From an uncultured Akkermansia sp. (GTDB taxonomy: Bacteria; Verrucomicrobiota; Verrucomicrobiia; Limisphaerales; UBA9464), in the NCBI GenBank assembly GCA_964509045.1, contig CAZDYB010000001.1, positions 5,083-31,268 on the forward strand: a DNA stretch of 26,186 bases. Reading direction: 5' to 3'. Below, piece by piece: positions 8,439 to 17,780 of the stretch; within the stretch, counting starts at the first letter, position 1, and every line of letters begins with the position of its first letter. Under the pieces are notes generated by a model that made no database searches, was not told the DNA's origin, and saw nothing but the letters and a program-made list of their open reading frames with translations. A program made the position numbers and the translations under genes.

Positions 8439-11400
8439 TCATTTCCGCTGCCGACGTTCCACCGGATCGATCACTCCCGGGTCCAGCCCGCGTCGCCCCA
8501 GTTCCCCGGCCAATACCGGCAGATCCCAGACCCGGAGCTTCCCCTGCGCCGTCGCCGCCGCCAACCGCGTGCCGTCCGGACTCCAGGCCAAGGCATGGAT
8601 CCGCAACGGACTCGGCGGATCAATCCACGTCGTGATCCGGTTCCCCACCAGGTCCATCAACAGGATGCCGTAAACGTCCGACACCACCGCCAACCGCATT
8701 CCATCCGGTGAAAACGCCGCCGCGCCAAGGACCGGTCCACCCGCTTCCAACGGCAGGCGCACCGGCTTCCATCCACCCGTCTCCAGCAACACCAGGCCAT
8801 CCCCCCAGATCGCCAGTCGTGTGCCGTCCGGACTGAACTGCGCCCCCGCTCCCGCCCCCGCCCGGATCCGATGGACCTCCGTCCCGGCCTCGACATCCCA
8901 GATCCGTGTCTCGCCCGATGCCGAATTGAGGGAGACCAACCAGGGGCCCAGGGGATCCGTCACCATGAAATCCAGACCCGGATGGATTCCCAATTGCCGC
9001 ATCGGCATCCCGGTCATCGGGTCAATCTCTTCGATGGACCCATCCGCGCCGCCCACCCACAGGCCTCCATCCCGGTTACCCTGGGCCACCGCCACCAATC
9101 CCGGTACCGACCTCGTTGCCCCTCGCCCCCCGGCAGGTCCGCGTCCCGATTCAAGCTTCCAGGTTCCCACCCCGGCCCGATCCACCACCGCCAGATAGGT
9201 TCCACTCCGGCTGAAGGACATCGCCTTGGGAAATTCCGTTCCCAAAATCCATCCGCCATCGGGTGCGCCGATCTCAAACACCCGCACCCCCAATTGATAC
9301 CGTCCCGCCATCCACCTGGAATCCGCACTGAAACGCACGTCCAACTCTGAACTGCCCAGGTACCCCGCCAGGATCTCCTCGAATCCTTTCGCAGGAATCA
9401 TCCGATACCATCCCACCCGACCCCGCTGCTGCACCGGACCAAATGCCGCCGTGTTGGAATGGAATCCCATCCGGGCCGCGTCCCCCGGCGCCTCCACCAG
9501 CAATCGTCCCGCATGCAGGTCCCACAACCGCACCGTCCGATCATCCCACGCCGCCGCCAGCAACCGCCCCGTCGGATCCATGACCATTCCCCACGGTTGC
9601 GCCGGGGCGAAGGTGAACGACAGGATCCGGCCCCGGGCCACCAGGTCGTGGTAGAACAACCGACCATCCTGGGTCGCCACCACAAACCGTTGGCTGTCTG
9701 GCGACCACGCCAGCATCGAGGCCGGTCCCGGCTGGATCAGCCGCGCTTCCAGACCCCGCGACTCCGTCAGGTACAGGTCCACCGAATTGGTCAGCAACGG
9801 CGCCACCGCCAACCGTTTGCCGTCCGGGGTGAATCCCAGGTGTCGCCAACCCGCCAACCCGGTCTCGATCCGATGCCGCGCGCCGCCCCGGAGATCTTCC
9901 CACACCAGCGCCGATCCTTCATCCGCCGTCACCAACCAGCGTCCGTCGGGTGACAACGCATGATGCCGCGGCTTCGGTTTCAGCGTCGCCAGACTCCGGA
10001 GTTCTCCTTCCCCCAGTTCCAACACCCACAACTGGTCTCCATTCTCCAGCACCTGCACGGCTCCATCCGACGACGCCATCCCCAGTCGCGCCCGCGACAT
10101 GGATTCCGGCAATTGCCAGTTGCGCCCGGCAATCATGTCGGCGCCGCCGAAGTCGCCCACGATTCCATCCGTCCCCAGGCTTCGCCACCGGTCACCGCCG
10201 CCGATCGACATCAGTCGATGCGGATCCCAGGGCAAATCCGCCCCGGGGACGAACTCGAGGTCCGATTGCGCCAGGGCAGCGATCACTTCGCGGGCGGCAC
10301 GTTCCCGGACCGAACCGTCCGGTTCACGGGCCAGCGCCTGTTCAATGGCCGCAAGGCTCGCCGTCTGTTGACCCGGCCCACCCGCCAACCGCAGTGAACG
10401 CGCCTGGACCAGCAACGAATCCCGGAGGTTGCGGTTCGCCACATGCTCGGCCTGGACAATCCGTACCGCCGCCGCCGTCCCCACCCCGCCCAACCCCAGC
10501 AGGGCCAGCATCAGCGCCACCGCCAGTCCGGCCACCGCCGGACGCCGACGCGCCCAGCGACTGAGGCGTCCCGCCCATCCCAGAGGTCGGGCATGCACCG
10601 GTTCACCCCCAAGAAACCGACCCAGTTCCTCCACCACCTCACGAGCCGTCGCATACCGCCGCACCGATTCCTTCTCGAGACACTTCAGACAGACCGTTTC
10701 CAGGTCAGCCGGCACCGACGGATTCAATACGCGCGGCGGGATCGGATCGGTCTCCAGGACCTGGTGCAACACCGCCTGCACCGTCCCACCCTGGAACGGG
10801 GGGCGACCCGTCAACAGATGGTAAAGCAACGCCCCCAGCGCGTAGATGTCCGCCCCCACCCCGACCGCCGAACCTTCGCCCCGCACCTGCTCCGGCGCTG
10901 CATACGACGGCGATCCCACCATCGCCCCCGTCATCGTCACCGCCGATGTCCCATGCAATTGCTTGGCCAACCCGAAATCCGTGACCCGCGGTTCATCCAA
11001 CTGATCGACCATCACATTGGATGGCTTCAGGTCCCGGTGCAGCACGCCTTGCCGATGCGCATGGTCAACCGCCGCCGCCACCCGGGCGAGATACCGCGCC
11101 GCTTCCAATGCCGGCAATGGCCCGGTCATCACCCGTTCCGCCAGGGTCTGGCCCTCGATGAAATCCATCGAGAAGTAGGGTTGCCCCTCGTGCTCTCCGA
11201 TCTCATGGATGGCCACGATGTTGGGATGCTGGATCCGGGCGGCGGCGGCAGCTTCACCGCGAAACCGGGTCCGGGCTTCCTCCGAGGCAAAATCCCCCCC
11301 CAACATCAGCTTCACCGCCACAATCCGGCCCAGGCTCTGCTGTCGCGCCCGGAACACCACCCCCATCCCTCCACGCGCCACTTCCTCCAACAGTTCGTAA

Positions 11401-11567
11401 TCCCCGATCACCCGCACCTCGTCCGGCAGGTACGGTTCGAAATCCTCCGTCTCCGCCGCCTCACCCAGCAGGCAGATGGGACAAAACTCGGGTCGCACAC
11501 CTTTCCCCAGCGGTTGTCCGCAATCCGGGCAGTTCGCCCGTCCACCCGGATCAACTGGAGCGCTCAT
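8439..11567 (-). CDS. Membrane Hanks-type Ser/Thr kinase with N-terminal Zn-ribbon and C-terminal WD40-like beta-propellers, 1042 aa
   Basis: CPDC-x12-CPIC; ARGGMGVV, VAVK, HRDLKPSN, DFGLAK and APE motifs; TM segment AVAGLAVALMLALLGLGG; repeated FSPDG/WSPD and VRLWD/RVWD repeats. Confidence 0.95.
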   Translation of the reverse strand: MSAPVDPGGRANCPDCGQPLGKGVRPEFCPICLLGEAAETEDFEPYLPDEVRVIGDYELLEEVARGGMGVVFRARQQSLGRIVAVKLMLGGDFASEEARTRFRGEAAAAARIQHPNIVAIHEIGEHEGQPYFSMDFIEGQTLAERVMTGPLPALEAARYLARVAAAVDHAHRQGVLHRDLKPSNVMVDQLDEPRVTDFGLAKQLHGTSAVTMTGAMVGSPSYAAPEQVRGEGSAVGVGADIYALGALLYHLLTGRPPFQGGTVQAVLHQVLETDPIPPRVLNPSVPADLETVCLKCLEKESVRRYATAREVVEELGRFLGGEPVHARPLGWAGRLSRWARRRPAVAGLAVALMLALLGLGGVGTAAAVRIVQAEHVANRNLRDSLLVQARSLRLAGGPGQQTASLAAIEQALAREPDGSVRERAAREVIAALAQSDLEFVPGADLPWDPHRLMSIGGGDRWRSLGTDGIVGDFGGADMIAGRNWQLPESMSRARLGMASSDGAVQVLENGDQLWVLELGEGELRSLATLKPKPRHHALSPDGRWLVTADEGSALVWEDLRGGARHRIETGLAGWRHLGFTPDGKRLAVAPLLTNSVDLYLTESRGLEARLIQPGPASMLAWSPDSQRFVVATQDGRLFYHDLVARGRILSFTFAPAQPWGMVMDPTGRLLAAAWDDRTVRLWDLHAGRLLVEAPGDAARMGFHSNTAAFGPVQQRGRVGWYRMIPAKGFEEILAGYLGSSELDVRFSADSRWMAGRYQLGVRVFEIGAPDGGWILGTEFPKAMSFSRSGTYLAVVDRAGVGTWKLESGRGPAGGRGATRSVPGLVAVAQGNRDGGLWVGGADGSIEEIDPMTGMPMRQLGIHPGLDFMVTDPLGPWLVSLNSASGETRIWDVEAGTEVHRIRAGAGAGAQFSPDGTRLAIWGDGLVLLETGGWKPVRLPLEAGGPVLGAAAFSPDGMRLAVVSDVYGILLMDLVGNRITTWIDPPSPLRIHALAWSPDGTRLAAATAQGKLRVWDLPVLAGELGRRGLDPGVIDPVERRQRK

Positions 11568-11576
11568 GATCCAGGT

Positions 11577-12347
11577 TCAGCCCGGTTGCACCACGTCCCC
11601 CGCCCCCTCAGAAGACAACACGGCATACAGATGCCGCAATTCATCCTCCAACTCCGAGGCGTCGGCCACCGTCTCCGCCACCTCTTCCCGGATCAGTTCA
11701 CGATAACGCTGCCGCAGCCGGTAGGATGCCAGCTTGACCGCCCCCTCGCTCATCCGGAACCGGCGCCCGATCTCCTCCAGCGATTCCCGGGCTCCACCCC
11801 CTCCCGTCACCCCCAATGCCTCGAACAACTCTCCACGCCCCGCATCCCGGGCCTCGCCCTCCAACCGTTCCCCCACCCGCCGCATCAGCACCCGCGCCCA
11901 CGCCCGATCCATCCACAGATCCGCACCGCCCGCCTGGTCCGGTACCCGGTCCAGCCAGTGCTCCGCTTCCCTCGTGTCCAGGTGCACCCATTGCACCCGC
12001 CCCCCACGCTTCCACGCCTGCACCCGATCCATCTCGTCCGCAATGAAATGACGCAGCGCCGTCAACAGGAAGGACCTGAACCTGCCCTTCATCCGGTCCG
12101 CCTTCCCCACGTCGTTGCGCTCCAACACCCGCTCGAAAAATGCCTGCGTCAGATCCTCCGCATCCGCCGGACCAAATCCCTGCCGACGCACATAGGCGTA
12201 CAAGGGCATCCAATAGGTCGTGCACAATGCCTCCAACGCCCGCGCCGAATCCGTCGTCCCCGGGTCTCCGGCCCGCAACACCACGCTCCATCGCGTGGTG
12301 GCAAACACCGGACCTTCCCCCACTGACCTGCCTGATTTCCCCGACAC
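11577..12347 (-). CDS. ECF sigma factor (kinase-associated PVC type), start uncertain
   Basis: FATTRWSVV, ALEALCTTYWMPLYAYVRR, DAEDLTQAFF, GRFRSFLL, and region 4 MSEGAVKLASYRLRQRY. Candidate GTG starts at 12347 or 12323. The ORF-track ATG at 12425 overlaps the divergent promoter. Confidence 0.9.
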   Translation of the reverse strand: MSGKSGRSVGEGPVFATTRWSVVLRAGDPGTTDSARALEALCTTYWMPLYAYVRRQGFGPADAEDLTQAFFERVLERNDVGKADRMKGRFRSFLLTALRHFIADEMDRVQAWKRGGRVQWVHLDTREAEHWLDRVPDQAGGADLWMDRAWARVLMRRVGERLEGEARDAGRGELFEALGVTGGGGARESLEEIGRRFRMSEGAVKLASYRLRQRYRELIREEVAETVADASELEDELRHLYAVLSSEGAGDVVQPG

Positions 12348-12401
12348 ACCCACACCCTGCCCATCCCCATCCAATCCGCCAAGTCCCAGACGCCAGCCGG
12401 G

Positions 12402-12430
12402 TTGACCCCCCACCCGACCCACCATAGGGT
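12402..12430 (+). promoter_or_regulatory. Putative sigma70 promoter for ispB and downstream genes
   Basis: TTGACC (12402-12407), 17-bp spacer, TAGGGT (12425-12430, TAnnnT). It ends 9 nt before ATG 12440. Confidence 0.55.
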
Positions 12431-12439
12431 GCGCCCACG

Positions 12440-13486
12440 ATGGCGGTTCCCGCGCCCCAATTCCTTACCTCTGGCATCCTCACCGATCCCAATGGCCGCG
12501 TCCGCGCCGCCTGGGAAGAGGTGGTGTCGCCGGTCAAATCCTTCCTGGGCGACGTCTCAGTCCGCCTGGTGGACCAGGTGCGCGATTTCGAACCCGAAAT
12601 CGCCGAGTACGCCCGTTACGCCCTCGACAATCAGGGCAAACAACTCCGACCCGCACTCGTCGCCCTCGCCGGCGGTTCCTGCGGACGGTTGACCGATGAC
12701 CACGTCTCCCTCGCCGCCATCATCGAGATGATCCACCTGGCCACCCTCGTCCATGACGACATCATGGATGGCGCCTCCCTGCGCCGTGGTCGGTCCACCC
12801 TCGCCACCCGATGGGGCAATGACATCGCCGTCCTCGTCGGTGATTGCCTGTTCGCCCACGCCCTCAAACTGGCCGCCGGATTCGCCACCGTCGAGGTCTG
12901 CCGCGCCGTCGCCCTCTCCACCCACGTGGTCTGTGCCGGCGAAATCCTCCAGTCCCATCGCAGGCGCCGCTGGAACCTCGATCGCACCGACTACTTCAAG
13001 GTGCTCGAGATGAAGACCGCCGAACTCTTCGCCCTCGCCTGTGACCTCGGCGGACGCCTCTCCGGCGCCAACCCCGCCCAACAACAGGCCCTCCGTCGCT
13101 ACGGCATCCTCCTCGGGACCGCTTATCAGATCTACGACGACATCCTCGATCTTTACGGCGCCGAGGATGACGCCGGGAAATCCCTCGGCACCGATCTCGC
13201 CAAGGGAAAGGTCACCCTCCCCCTCCTCGTCTTCTTCGAACGGGCTTCGTCCGCCGATCAACAGCAGATGATCCAGTGGCTGGAAGCCTGGGACCCCTCC
13301 TGCTTCGTGGGCGTCCGCTCCCTCCTCGACCACGTCGATGCCCTCGGCGAATCCCGGCGCACCATCGATTCACTCCTGGTCGAAGCCCGCGAAACCCTCA
13401 CGATCCTGCCGGATACCCCCGAGACCCGGGCTCTGGATGCATTGCCCGGATTTCTCACGCAACAAACCGCGGCACTTGGTGTCTGA
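12440..13486 (+). CDS. ispB: Polyprenyl (octaprenyl/heptaprenyl-type) diphosphate synthase, 348 aa
   Basis: GKQLRP, first aspartate-rich motif LVHDDIMD followed by RRGR, KTA, second motif QIYDDILD, GKSLGTDL. Chain length cannot be determined by eye. Confidence 0.93.
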   Translation: MAVPAPQFLTSGILTDPNGRVRAAWEEVVSPVKSFLGDVSVRLVDQVRDFEPEIAEYARYALDNQGKQLRPALVALAGGSCGRLTDDHVSLAAIIEMIHLATLVHDDIMDGASLRRGRSTLATRWGNDIAVLVGDCLFAHALKLAAGFATVEVCRAVALSTHVVCAGEILQSHRRRRWNLDRTDYFKVLEMKTAELFALACDLGGRLSGANPAQQQALRRYGILLGTAYQIYDDILDLYGAEDDAGKSLGTDLAKGKVTLPLLVFFERASSADQQQMIQWLEAWDPSCFVGVRSLLDHVDALGESRRTIDSLLVEARETLTILPDTPETRALDALPGFLTQQTAALGV

Positions 13487-13492
13487 CCGCCC

Positions 13493-14158
13493 ATGACCGG
13501 AGTCGCACCGCTCATGGATATCCCCGCGAACATCCCTTCCCATGCCCCCGCTGCCCTGGCGGGGGTTCCTTCCCCAACCGTCGAGGATTCCGGGGACCGA
13601 CAACTGGTGAGGCGCGCCCAGTCCGGTGATCTCGACGCCTTCGACGACCTGATCGTCCGTTATCAGGAGCGGATCTACGCACTGGTCTACCACATGACCT
13701 CCAATCACGAGGACGCAACCGACCTCGCCCAGGAGGCGTTCCTCAAGGCCTGGAAAGCCCTCCGCAACTTCAAGGGCGACTCCAGCTTCTACACCTGGGT
13801 CTATCGCATCGCCGTCAATCACACCCTCAACCACCTCAAATCCCGACGGCAACGCACCCAGCATCTGTCCCTCAACGATCTCGATTTCAATGCCGAGAAT
13901 GACCCCGGCCTGGTCCAACTCATCTCGGACAAGACTCCCCGTCGCGATGTCAACCTGCGCGAACTCGGTCAGCATTTGAACGAGGCCATGATGCGCCTGT
14001 CGGAGGAACACAGAACGGTCGTGACGCTGCACGACATCCAGGGCATGCCCCACGACGAGATCGCCCAGATCCTCGAATGCAACCCCGGTACCGTCCGCTC
14101 CCGTCTGTTCTACGCACGCCAGCAGTTGCAGGCGTTGCTTTCGGACTATTTGCGTTGA
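13493..14158 (+). CDS. ECF (RpoE/sigma24-like) sigma factor, 221 aa
   Basis: AQSGDLDAFDDLIVRYQERIY, DATDLAQEAFLKAW, SSFYTWVYRIAVN; region 4 EIAQILECNPGTVRSRLFYARQQL. Alternative ATG at 13514. Confidence 0.95.
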   Translation: MTGVAPLMDIPANIPSHAPAALAGVPSPTVEDSGDRQLVRRAQSGDLDAFDDLIVRYQERIYALVYHMTSNHEDATDLAQEAFLKAWKALRNFKGDSSFYTWVYRIAVNHTLNHLKSRRQRTQHLSLNDLDFNAENDPGLVQLISDKTPRRDVNLRELGQHLNEAMMRLSEEHRTVVTLHDIQGMPHDEIAQILECNPGTVRSRLFYARQQLQALLSDYLR

Positions 14159-14161
14159 GCC

Positions 14162-14716
14162 ATGGAAAGCACCCCAGAAAGAAATCCGGAACAATCCCCG
14201 GCATCCATCCCGCCCCCCCCCGAAGCCCAACTTGAGGCCGTCGGCCGCCTCCTCGCCCTCAAACGCCACGAGACACCTCCCCCCGGCTTCTTCCGGGATT
14301 TCCAACGCCAGGTACGACGCCAGATCGAGGCCGAGACCGAGGCCCGCCGCTCCGCCTCCCCCTTCACCCGCTTCCTGGATTCCCTCCGTTCCCGACCGGC
14401 CTTCGCCGGCGCCAACGCCCTCATCGCCACCGGCCTCGCCGTCCTCGCCGTCACCGCCTTCGTACGCCGCCCAGATCCCCTCGCCCAAGGCAACCCGACT
14501 CCCAAACAGGCTCCAGTCGTCGCCGGTTTCGGTGGCACCGCACCCGGTTCCCTCTCCTCCGCCTCGGATCAACCCGTTTCCTTCCCCCAGACCTTCTTCC
14601 TGCCCGCCGGCGTGACCTATCGGATCGAAATCCACTCCGTGGATTCCAATGCCGTCCCCGAAGGAATCTTCACCCGGCCGACACCGGATTTCGAACACGT
14701 GCGCTGGCCACGCTGA
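14162..14716 (+). CDS. Putative single-TM anti-sigma factor, 184 aa
   Basis: 3 nt after the ECF gene; short helical N-domain RLLALKRHETPPPGFF; one TM (ALIATGLAVLAVTAFV); Pro-rich tail. Confidence 0.7.
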   Translation: MESTPERNPEQSPASIPPPPEAQLEAVGRLLALKRHETPPPGFFRDFQRQVRRQIEAETEARRSASPFTRFLDSLRSRPAFAGANALIATGLAVLAVTAFVRRPDPLAQGNPTPKQAPVVAGFGGTAPGSLSSASDQPVSFPQTFFLPAGVTYRIEIHSVDSNAVPEGIFTRPTPDFEHVRWPR

Positions 14717-14778
14717 ATCCCCCGTGACAGTCTCGCCGAACGGGTTGCACGGTCTCCACCGCAGCCCGTCCCCGGCTC

Positions 14779-16281
14779 ATGTTTTCCGCACGCGGCGTCA
14801 TCCTCGGTTCCCTCGGAGCCATCGGGCTCCTCATCGCCCTGATGGTCTGGAACCAGTCCAACCCCTCCCTCCCGGCCGGCACCCCAGCCTCCCACCCCCT
14901 CGTCGTCTTCTGCGCCGCCGGCATCCGCGCACCCGTCGAAGCCGTCGCCCGCGAATACGAACGCGAGTTCGGCACCTCCATCCAACTCCAGTTCGGCGGC
15001 TCAGGCACCCTCCTCAACAACCTCCGCGTCGCCCAACGCGGTGACCTCTTCATCGCCGCCGATTCCTCCTTCGTCTCCCTCGCCCGCTCCAACAACCTCA
15101 TCGACGAAGTCCTCCCGCTCGCCCGCATGACCGCCGTCATCGGCGTCCCCAAGGGCAATCCCCGGCAGGTCTCCGGGATCTCCAGCCTTCTCCAACCCGG
15201 TCTCCGGGTCGCCCTCCCCAATCCCGACGCCACCGCCTGCGGTTCCCTCACCCGCTCCGCCCTTTCCCAGGCCGGCACCTGGGACGCCCTTTCCACCCGC
15301 GCCCTCGTCTTCAAACCCACCGTCACCGACGTCGCCAATGACATCAAACTCGGCTCCGTCGACGCCGGCATCCTCTGGGATGCCACCGTGCGCCAATACC
15401 CGGGACTCGAAGCCGTCTCCGCCTCCGAACTCGCTCCCCATCCCTCCCACGTCTCGGTCTGCGTCCTCCGCTCCTGCGATCAACCCACCGCCGCCCTTCG
15501 CTTCGCCCGCTACCTCGCCGCCCGCGACCGCGGCCTGCCTCACTTCGCCACCGCCGGTTTCACCCCGGTCACCGGGGACGTCTGGCAACCCAACCCCTCC
15601 GTCCTCCTCTACAGCGGGACCGTCAACCGCGTCGCCATCGAGGAGTCCCTCCGCGAATTCGAACTCCGCGAGGGCGTCCGCGTCACCCGCGTCTACAACG
15701 GATGCGGCATCCTCACCGCCCAGATCCGCGCCGGCCAAAGGCCCGATGCCTACTTCGCCTGCGATGTCTCCTTCATGGAAACCGTCCAGTCCGGATTCCA
15801 ACCCGCCGTCGCCCTCGCCGAAACCGACCTCGTCCTCCTCGTCCAGAAAGGCAACCCCTCCAGGATCTCCAGCCTCGCCGATCTCGCCCGACCCGGCCTC
15901 AAGGTGGGCCTCTGTCACGAACAACAGAGCGCTCTCGGCGCCCTCACCGCCCGTCTCCTCCGCAATGTCGACCTCCACGACTCCGTCTCCCGCAACACCT
16001 CCGTCCAATCCCCCACCGGCGATCTCCTCGTCAACCAACTCCGCTCCGGTGCCCTCGACGTCGCCGTCGTCTATGCCGTCAATGCCTCCCAGGTCCTCGA
16101 TCATCTCGACGTCATCTCCGTCTCCGGCCCCGGTACCGTCGCCGTCCAACCCTATGCCGTCGGCCTCGGATCCGATCACGCCCAACTGATGTCGCGTCTC
16201 TACGAGAAACTCCGCGCCCAGGCGTCCCGCGACCGCTTCCTCCAGGCCGGTTTCCGATGGAAGGTTCCCGATGCCCGGTGA
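14779..16281 (+). CDS. modA: Molybdate/tungstate ABC substrate-binding protein with two tandem ModA domains, 500 aa
   Basis: N-terminal TM anchor. Repeat 1: CAAG..GGSG..DLFIAAD..PKGNP..DAGILW. Repeat 2: SGTV..NGCG..DAYFACD..QKGNP..DVAVVY. Followed by modB and modC. Confidence 0.9.
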   Translation: MFSARGVILGSLGAIGLLIALMVWNQSNPSLPAGTPASHPLVVFCAAGIRAPVEAVAREYEREFGTSIQLQFGGSGTLLNNLRVAQRGDLFIAADSSFVSLARSNNLIDEVLPLARMTAVIGVPKGNPRQVSGISSLLQPGLRVALPNPDATACGSLTRSALSQAGTWDALSTRALVFKPTVTDVANDIKLGSVDAGILWDATVRQYPGLEAVSASELAPHPSHVSVCVLRSCDQPTAALRFARYLAARDRGLPHFATAGFTPVTGDVWQPNPSVLLYSGTVNRVAIEESLREFELREGVRVTRVYNGCGILTAQIRAGQRPDAYFACDVSFMETVQSGFQPAVALAETDLVLLVQKGNPSRISSLADLARPGLKVGLCHEQQSALGALTARLLRNVDLHDSVSRNTSVQSPTGDLLVNQLRSGALDVAVVYAVNASQVLDHLDVISVSGPGTVAVQPYAVGLGSDHAQLMSRLYEKLRAQASRDRFLQAGFRWKVPDAR

Positions 16282-17128
16282 TCCGTCCCCGTCCACTTCC
16301 CGGCCCCCTGCCCAACCCCCGCTTCCCCGGGCCGGTTCCGATCGCGTCTTCTACGCGTGCCTCGGGATCCTCGCCGGAACCTACGTCCTGCTCCTCGTCG
16401 CCACCGTCGCCGCCGACCTCTTCTACACCACCCCAGGCCACCTCTGGCGCGCCCTCAAGAGCCCCGAGATCCAATACGCCATCCGCCTGAGCCTCCTGAG
16501 CTGTACCCTCACCACCCTCCTCTCCCTGTGGGTCGCTGTCCCCGTCGGTTATCTCCTCGCCCGCTTCAGATTCCCAGGCCGCGCCCTCCTCGATGCCATC
16601 CTCGACATCCCCATCGTCCTCCCTCCACTCGTCATCGGACTCAGCCTCCTCATCCTGTTCCAGGCCCCACCACTCCGCGCCCTCGAACGGATCTTCCCCG
16701 TCACCTACGCCATTCCGTCCATCATCCTCGCCCAGTTCATGGTCGCCTGCGCCTTCGCCGTCCGAACCATGCGCGCCACCTTCGAGCAACTCAGTCCCCG
16801 ACACGAACAGGTCGCCCTCACCCTCGGCTGCAACCGTTCCCAGGCCTTCTGGCGCGTCGTCCTCCCCTCCGCACGACGCGGGATCCTCACCGCCGCCACC
16901 CTCGCCTGGGCCCGCGCCCTCGGTGAATTCGGCCCCATCCTCATCTTCTCCGGCGCCACCCGCATGAAGACCGAGGTCCTCCCCACCACCGTCTTCCTCG
17001 AACTCTCCATCGGCAACATCGAGGCCGCCGTCGCCGTCTCCCTCCTCATGATCGTCGCCGCCGTCGCCGTCCTCGTCCTCATCCGAACCCTCGGCCTCCC
17101 ACACACCCACTCCCACGCCCCACGCTGA
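16271..17128 (+). CDS. modB: Molybdate ABC permease, 285 aa
   Basis: DIPIVLPPLVIGLSLL, EAA-like QVALTLGCNRSQAFWRVVLP, LAWARALGEFG; overlaps the modA stop. Confidence 0.93.
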   Translation: MPGDPSPSTSRPPAQPPLPRAGSDRVFYACLGILAGTYVLLLVATVAADLFYTTPGHLWRALKSPEIQYAIRLSLLSCTLTTLLSLWVAVPVGYLLARFRFPGRALLDAILDIPIVLPPLVIGLSLLILFQAPPLRALERIFPVTYAIPSIILAQFMVACAFAVRTMRATFEQLSPRHEQVALTLGCNRSQAFWRVVLPSARRGILTAATLAWARALGEFGPILIFSGATRMKTEVLPTTVFLELSIGNIEAAVAVSLLMIVAAVAVLVLIRTLGLPHTHSHAPR

Positions 17129-17129
17129 C

Positions 17130-17780
17130 ATGATCGCCCTCGACCAGGTCACCGTTCACGCCGGCACCTTCTCCCTCGCCAACGTCTCCTTCGAAGTCCC
17201 CTCCGGCAGCCACACCGCCCTCATGGGCCGCACCGGCTCCGGCAAGACCACCCTCCTCGAAGCCATCTGCGGCCTCCGTCCCGTCTCCGCCGGTCGCATC
17301 ATCGTCGATGACTCCGATGTCACCCGCGCCGCCCCAGGCCAACGCGGCCTCGGTTTCGTCCCCCAGGACGGCGCCCTCTTCGAACACCTCACCGTCCGCC
17401 AACACCTGTCCTTCGCCCTCGAACTCCGACGTTGGCCCATCGACCGCATCCAACAGCGCGTCGCCGAACTCAGCCTCTGGCTCCAACTCGATCCCATCCT
17501 CGACCGCCGTCCCCACGGCCTCAGCGGCGGCGAATCCCAACGCGTCGCCCTCGGTCGCGCCCTCTCCTTCCAACCCTCCGTCCTCTGCCTCGACGAACCC
17601 TTGTCCGCTCTCGACGACGAAACCCGGTCCGATGTCTGCCAGGTCCTCGCCGATATCCGCGCCCGTACCGGCATCACCCTCCTGCACATCACCCACAACC
17701 GGTCCGAGGCCGAACGTCTCGCCGACCGCCTCCTGATCCTCACCGATGGCCACATCGAATCCCGTCCCATCCGTGCCTGA
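17130..17780 (+). CDS. modC: Molybdate ABC ATP-binding protein, short and without a TOBE domain, 216 aa
   Basis: GRTGSGKTT, FVPQDGALFEHL, LSGGESQRVALGRAL, LDEP, HITH. Confidence 0.9.
   Translation: MIALDQVTVHAGTFSLANVSFEVPSGSHTALMGRTGSGKTTLLEAICGLRPVSAGRIIVDDSDVTRAAPGQRGLGFVPQDGALFEHLTVRQHLSFALELRRWPIDRIQQRVAELSLWLQLDPILDRRPHGLSGGESQRVALGRALSFQPSVLCLDEPLSALDDETRSDVCQVLADIRARTGITLLHITHNRSEAERLADRLLILTDGHIESRPIRA

Noticed and set aside
12348-12425. ECF sigma start at ATG 12425
   Set aside because: It adds a Gly-rich non-homologous segment and sits on the -10 box of the divergent promoter. The GTG starts at 12347 or 12323 fit better.
14717-14778. ModE box or Moco riboswitch upstream of modA
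   Set aside because: The gap is 62 bp and GC-rich, has no TATAT-N7-TATAT-like site, and is too short for the riboswitch.
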